DNA of 63,973 bases, counting the filler, from Perkinsus olseni (Eukaryota), in the NCBI GenBank assembly GCA_013115125.1. It is 4 parts of 4 records of this genome, joined end to end, with 100 filler letters (N's around TTAATTAATTAA, not from the genome) between each part and the next. Parts side by side here need not be neighbours in the genome. Positions count along the whole stretch, not along the records: positions 33,714 to 50,445 come from JABANN010000672.1; 3 more parts are not named here. One strand, 5' to 3'. A program made the translations under genes and the position numbers. Below, in pieces: positions 38,560-50,445 of this stretch. The notes under the pieces are model-generated. The model made no database searches and was not told where the DNA came from. It saw only the letters and a list, made by a program, of their open reading frames with translations. How positions within the stretch are numbered: position 1 is the stretch's first letter; each line of letters opens with the position of its first letter.

Positions 38560-41500
38560 ATGTACGACAAGAATACCCTTCGTATAATAGGAAGGGACAG
38601 CTTTATCAAAGCAATACGGTTGTGGAGGAAAGACAACATGAAAGGGGGCAGTGGGCCTGATGCTGGTGGAGGGACGGAGGCTAACCAGGGAGGAGGCGGA
38701 GGGGTTCATGTCTGTGTAGGAAAGCTAGGGGTGTCAGAAAAGATATTATCATAATTTTGTGGCGCGCGAGAATGTAGGAGGCTGGGTTGGATTATTTATC
38801 TCTCTCGGGTTCACGTTATCGTATTATGGCCGTCGCTGCTCGAGGAAATTCATTTCGGGCGTATTAGGGGTAACAGACTGGATAAAACTTCATACCACAT
38901 CTTCACCAGATCATACACGACATCGTTAGGTTCGAAAGAGGCCGCTGTTTGAGAAGGAAGAGAGCGTGAAGCTGGAGTATGATGTTGTGAGTTGCATTGA
39001 TGAACGTAAGTCGATACACGCTATGTGGATTGGAGCTCACGTTGGAGCTGTAAGCTCTCTTCGCAGTTGTTCCGGAAAACTCTATCCGTTAGAGAGCACT
39101 ACAAATTCCTGATCCAGTGAGGCCGCTCTCGCTCCACTATTCACAGCTTTAAATGGACTGTCCTCGCTGTCCGGAACTATCCATACCACACCTTCCCCAG
39201 ATACTGTAACTCTGCACAACTGCCTCTACCAGGCAGATCTCAAGAGGCCTCTCATCTCTCATTTATCGTGTAAATTCGCGAGGATCTTCGATGAGGGTGC
39301 TGATAATGAGTTTGTGTATAAAAACAGCGGATCGCAGCAGATGGTAGTGAAGGGAGGGGGGAAGGTCGAGCGAGGTTGTGATGCTGACAGAAGATATTTT
39401 TGTTTACGTAAGATTCAATAGTCTTTATTGGACTCATTTTTTAGTTTTTTTTATGTTCTTTATTTTCCTTTTATTTTTCTGGACTTATTCACGCTCAGTT
39501 TAGTATGAGAGTATCTTAGGTCGAACCGTGCTTTAAACGGAATTTTTACGAAGGTACTGAACGCGTGTCGGGGCGGTCTGTCGACTATGTTTATGTTTGG
39601 GCAAACCGGTAGTGGAAAAACGCATACTATGACGAGTATTGAGAGCAGATCAGCTAAGGATATCTTCCAAAGTGGGCCGGGGTGCGTTGAGGAATTGCAA
39701 GAGAGCAAGTGGTGGATGTTAGATATTCCTGAGGGGTCGTCTGTGACGGTGTCGTTTATTGAGATATGCGGCAAGCATGTGTTTGACTTGGTGCCTCCGA
39801 AAAGAACGGAAATTAGACTGCGGGATGCTGGGAAAAATACGGTAGGGAATCTTTGCAGTGCGGTGGAGGGTATCTTAGGTCGAAGCTTGCGCAGGTCATT
39901 TTGGAAGGGGCGGAGAGTGTGTCGGTGGATGATGCTGAGATGCTAATTGAGATTGCCCGGCAGAGCCACACGAGGCGGAAAACTGAGACGACCGGGGCGA
40001 ACGATGTGTCCAGTCGGTCTCACGCAGTATGCCGGTAGGAGGGTATCTTTTGTTTTGTGTTGCGCATGCTTCAACTTCAGGATTACCATAATGAGGCCGG
40101 GTGGTTCGGGGAATGGGTCCCTGGTTCTGGTTGATTGCGCAGGTAAGGGTGGGGTCTCGTCGACGGGACATCCCTATGTAGTGGTCCCGGGTTCGAATCC
40201 CAGGGAGTTCATTGTTCACGTCACATTTTCTTGGTAGCAATCCTACGTAGGAGGATAGGCGTGAGCGAAATTACCACGCAGAGGCCAGGCGCACAATACA
40301 GAAACTTGTGCGCAACGGTCCTGCGTTCCAGATCGCAGTGCTTCAATGAAACTCAAAGCTAGAGCTAGTATGGTGCTAGACGAGAAACAACCGTACAAAG
40401 TAATGGTTGTGATGGTGGCGGACGCGAGTTTGACCCAGCCCGCCACTCCCTGGATGTGGAGGTAGGATACTAGAGGTTGCTGACTCGACCCAGGCCGGGT
40501 ATGGAGTCAGGCGACTCTAGTGTCCTACTGAACAGTTGTGACAGCCAACTACTGATTGGCGGCAACCACTGGCTCCTGGCAGGAGCCTCCAACCTGGTTG
40601 CTGGCTCTGACACTGATAAGTACCGAATTAGGTCAGAGCGCGGTCACATACTGTTCACACTCCCAACCTCTGCATCATGGGAATTTCTCCTCCTATACCA
40701 GTGTAGTTGACAGTGAATGGAAAGAGGTATCTTTAAGTCACTCTGGGCTTTTTCATGTAAGGCACGGAGCGACGTAAAGATTCCTTCTACCACGACAAGA
40801 TCCGCCAGCAGGAGGGCGCCGAGATCAACGCCAGCCTCCACGCCTTGAAAGAATGCATTCGATACAGAATGCTGCGCCAGAACAACACTGGCGTGGCTGT
40901 GGAGAAGGAAGGTAGTGGAAATAGCGCACGCCTTGGTGAACGATTTGTGTCTTACCTTTTGCCGGTCTGTGAATAACAGACAGGTTTTGCTTTTCTATAT
41001 ATTACTGATCGTCCGGGCACAATCATAATCCCATGAAAGGAAATCGTCCGGAGAGTACACGAGTACGATGACTTCCGAGTGAGCATGAGCCAATTGGGCT
41101 CAGTCGAAAGTATCATGGCAGATAAGGCTGCGGTGGGAATGGAGATAATCATATGGTTATTACGTCTTCGTGCACTACTAGCTGCTCTTGATTCACGTTG
41201 TCACGGTCGTGCGAAGGTTCAACCTTCGTCCCCTTCCGAGCCTCGGCCTTGACGAGAGTCCTCGCGGAAGGGTTTGTCCGACCGGACGCCCTCCTTCACG
41301 TCATGGCTACCATCTCTCCCTGCGCCACTGATATCGAGCATAGCATTAGTAATGGCTCAGCGGAGGTATTTTCGGGCGGGCGAGATTGTTGTTGTGGGAA
41401 GGTACATTAAAGGCGGTTAGTATGCTGTCGGGTAAGGAAGATGCTTTGACGGAGGTGAGGCAGACTGAGCTGTTCCCGATCGTGAAGAAGGAGTTGCCGA

Positions 41501-41963
41501 AGCATCCTAAGCATTGGGATGAGGAGGAGGTGGGTTCGAACCCCGGCAGCGGCATTTTACATCGTCTTAGTATTGTGTGTGGTTGATTGTGTTATGACTC
41601 TCTCCTGAATATGTGGTTGGGGTCGCTTCATCCTCACCGCGCCCCTGCGACTACTGTGTGCTGAATGCTAGAGCGCGTATAGCCGAGTGGTATAATGGCT
41701 CGTTTTACATTGGAGAGGTCTCAGGTTCGATTCCGTCGCGGTGTTTTTCTCAGCTCCGAAGATGGATTGGGACAGTGTCCAATGGAGCCTTCAAGGCAGT
41801 ACAGCCAGCCTCGGGCACCACCGGCGCGATGGCCGTCCGATGGCCCGCCAAACGCTTCGTCCAACTTTGCGGAGGAGATGAGGCTCGTGGCCATCGGCTC
41901 TACAACACACTGCATAACATCATGGAGGAAGTTACTAAAGTTAAGGAGAATCAGCGAAAGTAG
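38560..41963 (+). CDS. Kinesin-13 family (KIF2/KIF24-like) motor protein, multi-exon
   Basis: Spliced VHVC|VRKRPL, FMFGQTGSGKTHTM, SFIEI, ANDVSSRSHAV, LVDCAG|TER, EGAEINASLHALKECIR, PFRASALTRVL, MATISP. Confidence 0.92.
41673..41748 (+). pseudogene. Degenerate tRNA-like sequence (Val-TAC-like) or SINE head in the last kinesin intron
   Basis: A box TAGCCGAGTGG, paired D-arm GCCG/TGGC, TTTACA loop, AGGTC, B box GGTTCGATTCC, then TTTTT; acceptor and anticodon stems pair poorly. Confidence 0.6.
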
Positions 41964-42159
41964 TAGTTCTGGCTTGGATGGGGTGGGGAGTACTGGCTTG
42001 GATGGGGTGGGGATGAATTTTAAATATTTTTCTACATTTTGTACGCCTTTTTTCATCGGCATTTCTTATTATTCACTCAATGTTACGTAATGCAAATATC
42101 GTGCATCGAAACTTTATGAATTTTTTGGCTTATTTTTTTACTGCTGTTCGGGTACGCTG

Positions 42160-42378
42160 CTGTGATGAGCATGGATTGAGCATGTGAATTGAATCGAATT
42201 TCGCTGAGTATCCGAGGTCGATCATGGTACTTCGTGGGTGAATAAGATTCACCGGAATATTTTCCGCTGTGATGAGTAGCGACTTGCCGTGGGTGTGAAA
42301 GTTCATTGGAATTCTGTTAAAGTATCCGAGGTCGATTATGGTGTTTCGCGAGTGAATTAGATTCGGTCGTATATTCCC
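42160..42378. repeat. Diverged ~110-bp tandem duplication
   Basis: ctgtgatgag...agtatccgaggtcgat(c/t)atggt...gtgaat(a/t)agattc occurs twice. Confidence 0.75.
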
Positions 42379-42885
42379 TCAGAGAGACTCGATGCTTTCA
42401 CTCGAACCAGCAGGCCAACAGGGAGAGGCTCCTGAAGGACCATGGGAGGACGGGGATCGTTGGTGGCCGAAGAGACCATATTCAATCGTAGTGGTGGTGG
42501 TACTAATATTGTTGTTGTCATCATTAATACTGGACATGAAATGAAGTCTCCAATTGGCTGTGAGAGTGTTGAGGGAAGTAGGGTTATCGATAATGGTTAT
42601 GCGAGAGTTGGGGGAAGAGTGGTATGAGTTGTCGAGGGTACCTGTGTGGAGAATCGTTTCTAATCGAGCTTCCCTGGGCACCTTGTTCCTACGGGATCAT
42701 TGTGAGGTGCACTCGCATTACTATCCGCTCCTCTAGAAGCGCACATTTGTTGCGAAAGGTGTGGTATTGTAATCGGTGTAGTTCGACGACTCCAGTTAAA
42801 TTGGATGACGATGAGTATATTTTACCCGGAATGAATCCTCTATTCGTGAGCGGTTTCGCTCAACTCAATCGTCCAGGTTTGTACT

Positions 42886-45804
42886 ATGGTAAATGCTTTC
42901 CTACGGCCATTGAAAAACAGCGATAAATCAGCCCTTCATCGGCGAGGGGGCGGAGGCCTGCCGCCGCTGCTGCCGTTGGCATCCCCTCGGAGACTGTTCT
43001 TCGCTCTCATGTGTATATTAAGTTTGGTAGTAGTAGCGGCGGCGGCGGCGGAGGAAGAGGGTGGGGACCGGCGACTTGGCCATCATCATCACCAGCATGA
43101 TGGAGGACAGGGTAGTACCGAGTGAGGGTCTTTTCGATAGGGGAACCCCTCATGTCCCGAAATAGGAATACTTGGTGTGATCGACGTCTCAATTGAAATG
43201 GCCTGCCACAATAGTGATTACTACTACTGGTATAAAAAATGGGGAAATGAATGAGTTGAATAATAGGGTTACAATGATAAACGAACTTGCTATAATGGGA
43301 GGGGTTGCCGGTGGTGGATTTCCGTGAGCTGTCCGAGCGGAGGGTGGCTCATAACCGATCAGAACTTTCGTTTGGTAGTTGCGCATGTCGATGGACTTAC
43401 TTGTCATTTCCACTTTTGTATCGGCTTTTATAGCTTCGTGCGGTGTTGGTAGTTTTCTGCACTTGCTCACTCTAAGATTCGGAGTCGACTCTGGAAATGA
43501 TTCTTCGCGTTAAATTTTCTCGAGCACTTTTGTTGACCTTTTACTCGCAGCATTCCACATTGCTTTATCAGTTCACGCTTGCCGCTGGCGAGCCGCGAGA
43601 AACTGCCAACACATTACACTCAACCTCTGTTCGCGTCCTTTCCACGACTCATCAACTCTTCTCAAGAAAATTTCCGAATCTTGTTTTTTCCGCTCTTAGA
43701 TGCCGCGTCAATTATGTCCCGTTTGACTGGTGCAGGGAGCACCTCCTTTTTCGGCGGTTTCCTGTCGTCGTTTTTGATGATTATCTGCGCGGAGTTGGGC
43801 GACAAGACTTTCTTCATAGCCGCGATACTGTCGATGCGCCACAGTGCTGTGGTGGTCTTCATGGGCGCCATCATCGCTATGGCTACGATGACGGTAGGAG
43901 GATAAGTGCTTCGCTCCGCTAGGTTTTCTCCACATTTTTGACGTACTTTCGCTGCATGGCTTTGTCGATTTCTTTCCGGAAAATTTCTTTCCTGCCAGTT
44001 CGTTCCACTGCTGTTGCTCTCCCTCCAGGTTCTCTCCGCTGGTCTTGGTCTGCTTCTACCAGCTCTACTCAGCAAGAAGGTCACCCACTACTCGTGTATC
44101 GTCTTATTTGTGTATTTCGGTAAGCCCTACTACTACCACTGCAGCTGCTGTCGGGCTCACCTCCCTTGCCAGGCCTTCGTCTGCTGAAGGACGCCTACGA
44201 TTCGGATAACGGGGACTCTGGGGACCTTGTGGAGGTGGAGATGAGTATCAAGTGAGTGGGGTCAATCTCGCTCGCCCGGAAATGATGAAACGGTTTTAAG
44301 ATGCGGTGGTTGAGGTTGGATTTGAATGTGTTGCGGATGATTTCTTGTGGGATGTTTTGTTGGGGTAATTTGTAGCGATTAGTGAATTTTTGTGTAACGC
44401 ACGGGTCGACCTAAGATACTCACTAGTTATCTCATTAACGGCGTGTGTAATCACCACGAGAAACGGCGATAGAGCGAACGCTGGCGTATGGGCCTCACTG
44501 ACGAATGGAACACGGATGAGGTCTTCCCCACTATGAGGCGGCAAAGCAGAACTAGGAGGGGATACTAGCTATAGAAGGGTGTGTTCTGCGTCACACTAGT
44601 ACTTTGACGATTTGGTATAGCGGGTAGGGCTGTTTCGGTGATAGGAAGAAGCATGAAGAGCACGACAAGAGCGCAGTCGAGGAGCAAGAAGCTCAAATAG
44701 AAGCGGGGGAAGCGGCCGCGGTTGAAGATGTAAAGGTCCAGGGATCGAGCCTCGGTGAGTGCATTATTCCCACAGGTTGCTTCCACTGCCGAAACGTCAC
44801 CATGGTACTCGGCGGAGAACAGAGCTGTGCTGTTGCAGGTGAGCGGCCCCTCGACAGTGTCGCTCGTACTTGTCCATCCTCCTCAGTCGTTTGTTATGTC
44901 CTTCTTAGCCGAGTGGGGCGATCGGAGTCAAATCTCCACCATCGCGCTGGCATCTTCTAAGAACCCCTATGGCGTCATGGTTGGGGGAATCCTTGGCCAC
45001 TGCATATGTAAGGACAATTTTGTGGCGCAGTGACGCTTTGGGTTGGAGATGTGCTTGGCGTCGGTGCATCAGTCCGCAGTTGTCACTTATAATGCGTTGA
45101 AAGTTTTCGGTTGTATGGTATGCTTATTTATTGAGTGGGCTTCCCCTGGCGTATCTTAGGTTGACCATGAGCAAAAGCAGAATTCGCTGTAGTCTTCACA
45201 GGGTCCAAGAATACACGATCGTTGTTGGCGAATTAAAAATGAAAATCACATTCACTTGCGCATTCATCGGTCTGTCCACCTGAGCTCTGTCTCACTCGCC
45301 GAGTCCTGAGACTCTTGCGGATCTGAAAGTCGGTCGGGATGTCGTCGAAAGTTTGGACCGACCTTTCGGATGGCATTCGTAATTCTCTCAGCTGTTTCCC
45401 GTTTTTGGACAAAAGTGAATTTTGTGGTTTACTCGTGAATCGCAGGCTGAACTTTGAGCGAACTCTATGTGACCTGTGCTGTGGATTCTCACAGGCCTTC
45501 ATCGCTGTAGCCGATCTTCCCGTTCAATAGAGTAAGTCGTGAACTCAGAATCGATTCTGGAATTCATTCTACACGTAAAGGCGGTTTCTCGGAGTTTCAC
45601 AATTGCTCTACTGCCTGACTCCTGTTCGTCAGCATCATCATCACGGATCTCTCAGGCTCGGGGATCGCTGTCGTTGGTGGGCGCCTGCTGGCGAGTAGAA
45701 TCTCCGAGCGGCAGGTCGCCATTGCAGGCGGCGTCCTCTTCCTTGTCTTCGCCCTGAGCTCCCTCCTCCTGGGTGTTGATGATACTGCAAGTGCAGTGAG
45801 ATGA
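42886..45804 (+). CDS. TMEM165: GDT1/TMEM165 (UPF0016) Ca2+/Mn2+ transporter, multi-exon
   Basis: Both signature motifs are present (AELGDKTF, AEWGDRSQ), plus GGILGHCIC and GIAVVGGRLLASRISER; the first exon has a hydrophobic leader and splices in frame at 43700. Confidence 0.92.
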
Positions 45805-46005
45805 AGAAACTGATGAAAAAATGGGAATTTAAGTGTCCACTGTTGCTGTAAATAAAGGAGCTGCTGTTGTCCTGTCTGCCTTTGCCAGACCGTCTGCCCC
45901 TCCTTCGATGTTACTCCTTTCACACTCGCGCAGTTTTATCGTGTTGAGTGAATTACTTATGATCTCAGAGCGGCCTGCCTCGTGTGCTTGCCCCAGTCTT
46001 CAAGT

Positions 46006-47859
46006 ATGCGAGGAATTGCCGATGAAATCTCCTCTGTTGCGGGCGATTCGACGATGGATGACTCGACCGTCCACCATCGCTCTGTCCGGTGGGAGGAGAT
46101 CCCCCAGGCAGTCACCATGGCCGCACTGATTGACCTCATGCGCCGTCACGGCTTCGATTACGGCGGCAACGTCCGGTCCATCAACTGGCCCTTCGACCGA
46201 GGCTCCCCGCAGGGATCTGCCATCATCCGCTTCGAAAGCCATGATCTCGCCAAGAGATTCATCAACACCTTCGACGGCTACACTTGGTCAGAGTCCGCCA
46301 CACCAAGCCGGTTGTGTTGGTCTCCGGAGAGGATCGACCAGCTACCGGCCGCGCTGGCCCGACCGGCCTCTTCGACCGCTGTTGTGGTCAGAGGCGTGCC
46401 GTCGAACTGCACCTACGGCAACCTTCACAGATTTATGAGACGCTTTTTCGGTCCGGTGATTCGGTGTAAGCTCGGCCCTCGCGATGGTCGCTCTTATCAC
46501 CATGTCGTTTGCGTCTTTGCCACCGTTGGTGCGGCGCGGTCGGCTCTGAAGTGCAGCAGAATGGCCGCCCAGGGAAACCGGAAGTCGACGAGAGTGCTGA
46601 AGTCACTGGGAGGCAGCTCTGTAACGATCGAACCGCATGGACAGGAGGACCACTGGAGGGGAGACGATCACAGCGACACTACAGAGCCTTCGACGCCTGG
46701 GGGCGATAGTGAGCCCTCCGACGAGGCCTGGACCGTCGATAAGAACGGTTATGGTGACGACTCGACAGACGACAGCAGCCCTCGGAAGGCGGGTGAGGAG
46801 ACAGCAGGCTTGCTAGCCAATCCCGAGCCTTGCGCGACTTTGATGTGGTACCATGTACCGCACAACTGCACGCCCGAGAAGCTCATGAGGCTCCTGTTAG
46901 ATTACGGCTGCCACTTGGGCCCCGTGTCCGCCTACCGCTCCTGTGACCTTATTATTGACGAGTACTCCAACCATGCTATGGTCCACTGCGTGTCCTGGGA
47001 GAAAGCGCGCGCCCTGATGATGGCCTTGGAGTCTTTCCCTGGTCTGCTAGGGGAGTATGGGTCGATGGAGGTCATTGACGGAAAAAAAGATACTCTTTTT
47101 TTGGACGCGATGGAGCCCTGCTGGGGTAAAGACACCAACCGCACCATCGTCGTCCTCAACATGTTCACCTGGTTGTCACGGACTGAGTTCATCAGAATCG
47201 TCTCCCACTTCGGCGACGTCCGACGGGCCCTCGTGCGCTCCTATATCACCTGCGGGAGAATCACCACCTACGGTCTTTGCCACTTCGTCCACCGGGCCGC
47301 GGCCTCGCTGGCAGCGGAGGTCGGTCGAGTCGCCCCGACCGAGCTGGGGGTCGGCTACCGAACGACGCTCTCTATGCTGGGGCAGAGGGTGAGGTTGAAG
47401 TTATTGACGTGGTTGGTGGGGAACGAGTGGTACTTTGAGATGAACCGAAGGCGTCAGCAGGCCCAGTCCTGGCCGAATTTTCAGGGCTACTACTACTGGT
47501 CTTCGGAGACGATGACCCCTGCCGCGATCGAAGGACCTCCTACGTCGGTGGAAAGTGAGGAGAATAAGGGTGGGGTGTGGTACGAGCGACGGCCACGGTT
47601 CGATAAAAATGAAAAGATACCGGGGTCGGGTGACGGCACTCGGGCCCCCTCGACGGACTCCTCTCGGGCGTCTTCAGTCGCTGCTGAGGAGACCGAGCAG
47701 CAGCAGGCCTCGGGTCACTCGAGTGGCGAGTCTCGCGATATAAAGTCAACAGTGCTGCCAGCGGCCCCTCCCCTCTGGTGTGGTGGGTACAGAGAGGTTA
47801 CCAAGGACCCGCTATGTGTAGCCCGATGGCCGCGGTATGTCCGCGAAGGCTTCCTGTAG
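46006..47859 (+). CDS. Intronless protein with several divergent RRM-like domains
   Basis: Uninterrupted ORF (625 aa from 45982; first ATG 46006) with RNP-like segments GSAIIRF, VVVRGVP, VVCVFAT, IVVLNM, YGLCHF. Confidence 0.7.
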   Translation: MRGIADEISSVAGDSTMDDSTVHHRSVRWEEIPQAVTMAALIDLMRRHGFDYGGNVRSINWPFDRGSPQGSAIIRFESHDLAKRFINTFDGYTWSESATPSRLCWSPERIDQLPAALARPASSTAVVVRGVPSNCTYGNLHRFMRRFFGPVIRCKLGPRDGRSYHHVVCVFATVGAARSALKCSRMAAQGNRKSTRVLKSLGGSSVTIEPHGQEDHWRGDDHSDTTEPSTPGGDSEPSDEAWTVDKNGYGDDSTDDSSPRKAGEETAGLLANPEPCATLMWYHVPHNCTPEKLMRLLLDYGCHLGPVSAYRSCDLIIDEYSNHAMVHCVSWEKARALMMALESFPGLLGEYGSMEVIDGKKDTLFLDAMEPCWGKDTNRTIVVLNMFTWLSRTEFIRIVSHFGDVRRALVRSYITCGRITTYGLCHFVHRAAASLAAEVGRVAPTELGVGYRTTLSMLGQRVRLKLLTWLVGNEWYFEMNRRRQQAQSWPNFQGYYYWSSETMTPAAIEGPPTSVESEENKGGVWYERRPRFDKNEKIPGSGDGTRAPSTDSSRASSVAAEETEQQQASGHSSGESRDIKSTVLPAAPPLWCGGYREVTKDPLCVARWPRYVREGFL

Positions 47860-48257
47860 CGAGGGAATGCAGTAGTAGTAATATGATGATGTCATGATGA
47901 TGATAATGATGAACAGCCGTGCTGCACAGTGCTGTCTCCATCCTCAGAATGTTGAGTTCCTCCCGCCCTTCGTGGCAGCAGCGTCCGAGCTAGGTCAATG
48001 AGGCAGCACTGGCCTGATCGTTAGCTTGCTGCCTTATCGGCATCGAGGCTTCACTAAGCCGGCGACGGCGTTGGACTCGAAGACACACACACTCGGGTTG
48101 GCTATGATTGGCGTAGCGTCTCCCTCTGTTTACTCTACCACATCATGCATTGGCAGCCTGCTGTCCGAGGGCCCTCACGAGGAGGCGTGGTCGCCAATAG
48201 AAGTCACCTGTGACTGAGTGCCTTCTTTTCAGTCAGCTTTCTGGTTACTCTGCTCTC

Positions 48258-49244
48258 ATGCTGGTTCCCAACTCTCCTGCGACCCCGCCGTCGATGAATA
48301 ACAAAGTGACGACAGTCCGCTTTCACGGCGTGCCCGGCAATGCCTCCCACGATGACATCGTGGAGGCTCTGGCCAGTCGAGGCTTCCACCACGCTGAGGA
48401 GGGAGGTCAGTACGTCTCCTGTGAGAAGATCAGAAAATCTGATGGCGCCTTTGATGCTTTGGTCCGTTGTGCCACGCGGGAAGACGCTGACCGCCTTCTG
48501 AAGGCCTTCGACTGCTTCCGATGGCCCAGGGCCAATTGCCTCACGCACACTAGTCTGGTGGAGGTGGACGGCGATGCTGAGGATGACGATATTGCCGATC
48601 GAACTGTGCTGGTGACGGGCCTCGGGAATCACTACAACAACGACCGCCTGAAGGCAGACATGGAGCGCGCCTTCGGTTCGGTGGTCGGCTGCGTGGTCGG
48701 CCGCTCCCAGCCAGAAGCGGTCAAGAGCGGCTTTTGTACGTTCGTCAGCCTCGCCTCCGCGACTATGGCGGTTTGCACGAGTAAAGCGGCGGGTATGAAG
48801 GTTGAGGAAGCCGCGAGGAAGATGAGGGTGTTCGGTGACGATTCGGGGATCGAGCGGTATAAGGCCTCGATGGGGCTTCAGCTCATGTCTCACTACATGA
48901 CTGGCCTCTTGTCGAAGGAAAACCCCAAGAAGAAGCCCGCGGGTCTGCTGCCAACTCCTAAACGCCCTACGCCTGTTAAGAAGAAGCCACCGGTGATATC
49001 CTTAGAGAAAGCCTTGCCCCCTCGTCAGGAGGCTCCCCTGTGGGTGTCGGCGGGGCCACAGGAACCGCCCTACCTGTGCCTGCAGAGGGCCTTGGGGATG
49101 CCTGCTTCGGTGAGTTCGACCGCTGATTCGAGCACTCGAGCGAGTCCCCGGCAGGGAAGTAACCCATTTCACGAGAGACTGAATCGTCCACGAAGGTCGG
49201 TTGAGGAGATCGAAGCCTCCGTGCCCGACTGTGCCCAGCAGTAG
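48258..49244 (+). CDS. Intronless RRM-like protein with C-terminal CaaX (CAQQ)
   Basis: VRFHGVP, LLKAFDCFRW (compare FINTFDGYTW in the upstream gene), VLVTGL, SGFCTF; ends PDCAQQ*. Confidence 0.7.
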   Translation: MLVPNSPATPPSMNNKVTTVRFHGVPGNASHDDIVEALASRGFHHAEEGGQYVSCEKIRKSDGAFDALVRCATREDADRLLKAFDCFRWPRANCLTHTSLVEVDGDAEDDDIADRTVLVTGLGNHYNNDRLKADMERAFGSVVGCVVGRSQPEAVKSGFCTFVSLASATMAVCTSKAAGMKVEEAARKMRVFGDDSGIERYKASMGLQLMSHYMTGLLSKENPKKKPAGLLPTPKRPTPVKKKPPVISLEKALPPRQEAPLWVSAGPQEPPYLCLQRALGMPASVSSTADSSTRASPRQGSNPFHERLNRPRRSVEEIEASVPDCAQQ

Positions 49245-49386
49245 CAGTAACATTACTATTATCGTCGTTTGTTTTTCGAGCCACCATATGGTGTCGATTA
49301 CCGCCCCTTCATTGTTGAGGAATTAACCGCTCATTTGGCAATTAATAAAAAGCAGCATTCTGTACCGTAGCGTTGAATGATGATGC

Positions 49387-50214
49387 ATGACTACTGCAGC
49401 CGCAGCCGCCCACGAGAGATCTTGCGTTAAACCAGTTGTGGGTGTCATACCAAAAATCGCAGAATTCTTGTTGTCGTCGTCAATGAAGGAGATTCTGTCT
49501 CTTGCAGAGCTCCTCCCCGAGCCCTCCATCCAGGAAGGGGACCCCTTCGGTCGCTGCATCTGCATCGAGGAACTTCAACCGTCCCTCTCGACAGCCCAGC
49601 TCAATCTCATCATGGCACAGGCGTTCGGTCCAGTGTCCGAGTCCACGGTGTTTACTAATGCTGGTTGCCCTACGTCCACCGCCATTTGCATTTTCGTCCA
49701 CAAACACTCCGCCATGGCTGCCGCGGGTGTCCCTGTTCTCGCCCGGAGAGGCGAGCCTCTCGCCCGGCGGTTTCTAACCATCTTCGGTCCCCAGGCTCGA
49801 ATAAAGTGCTACGAGCCAGCAGGGCTTGAGGAGGGTCTTCTGGTGCCCGGCCTGTGCCCTCTAGGGCTGCCAATCAGTAGGCTGCCTGGTAGAGTCATTT
49901 GCCTCGAAGAGGAGCTGCTGGGCCGACCCTCGACCCCGTCTACTGGAAGGACCCAATCTACTGCTTGGAGTGATGTGGTACCACCCCGCCGCGCTGAGGA
50001 GGAAGAGGTGAAGGTGTTGGCTAGAAGGGCACTGCGGCTCGTGTCGGGTGAGGACCTTGACGGCGGCCCGGCTGCGTCCTGCCAGTCTGTGAGCGATCGC
50101 GAGCTCAGACGGTGCTTCAGCGTTGGACGGCCTGTGGCGGCGGTTTTCAGCGGAGACAGTTCGTCTGAAGAGGGCTCTGATGTTAGCGAAGATGAGGGTT
50201 GTGCGCAACAATAA
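49387..50214 (+). CDS. Intronless single-RRM-like protein with C-terminal CaaX (CAQQ)
   Basis: ICIEELQP..AQAFGPV..AICIFVHKHSAMAA resembles the RRM-like units of its neighbours; ends EGCAQQ*. Confidence 0.65.
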   Translation: MTTAAAAAHERSCVKPVVGVIPKIAEFLLSSSMKEILSLAELLPEPSIQEGDPFGRCICIEELQPSLSTAQLNLIMAQAFGPVSESTVFTNAGCPTSTAICIFVHKHSAMAAAGVPVLARRGEPLARRFLTIFGPQARIKCYEPAGLEEGLLVPGLCPLGLPISRLPGRVICLEEELLGRPSTPSTGRTQSTAWSDVVPPRRAEEEEVKVLARRALRLVSGEDLDGGPAASCQSVSDRELRRCFSVGRPVAAVFSGDSSSEEGSDVSEDEGCAQQ

Positions 50215-50445
50215 TGGCTTATTGCCTCTTGACGACCGCAGACGAAGAAGGAACTGTAAGCATTCGATTATAGTTTTCGGATGAGCTTGGATGCCCTGAC
50301 AACTTCTAGTAGAACCAAGCACCGTTATATCCCTCTCAACGTGTTTGGTTTCGATAGTAATGGAAGAGCTTATTAGAGGAATGTCTTATTGTGTCTATCT
50401 CCCAATCTCAGTGTACATGCGTGCACCCTTTTAGCTATGGTAACA

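Noticed and set aside
40568-40584. 17-nt match (CACTGGCTCCTGGCAGG) to the repeat beside U6
   Set aside because: No extension on either side and on a different contig; cannot be distinguished from chance.
41970-42012. 24-bp G-rich duplication after the kinesin stop (G-quadruplex potential)
   Set aside because: Simple two-copy slippage with no evidence of function.
42162-42207. Box C (GTGATGA) and box D (CTGA) snoRNA candidate
   Set aside because: Too short, no recognisable rRNA antisense element, and box D is missing in the second repeat copy.
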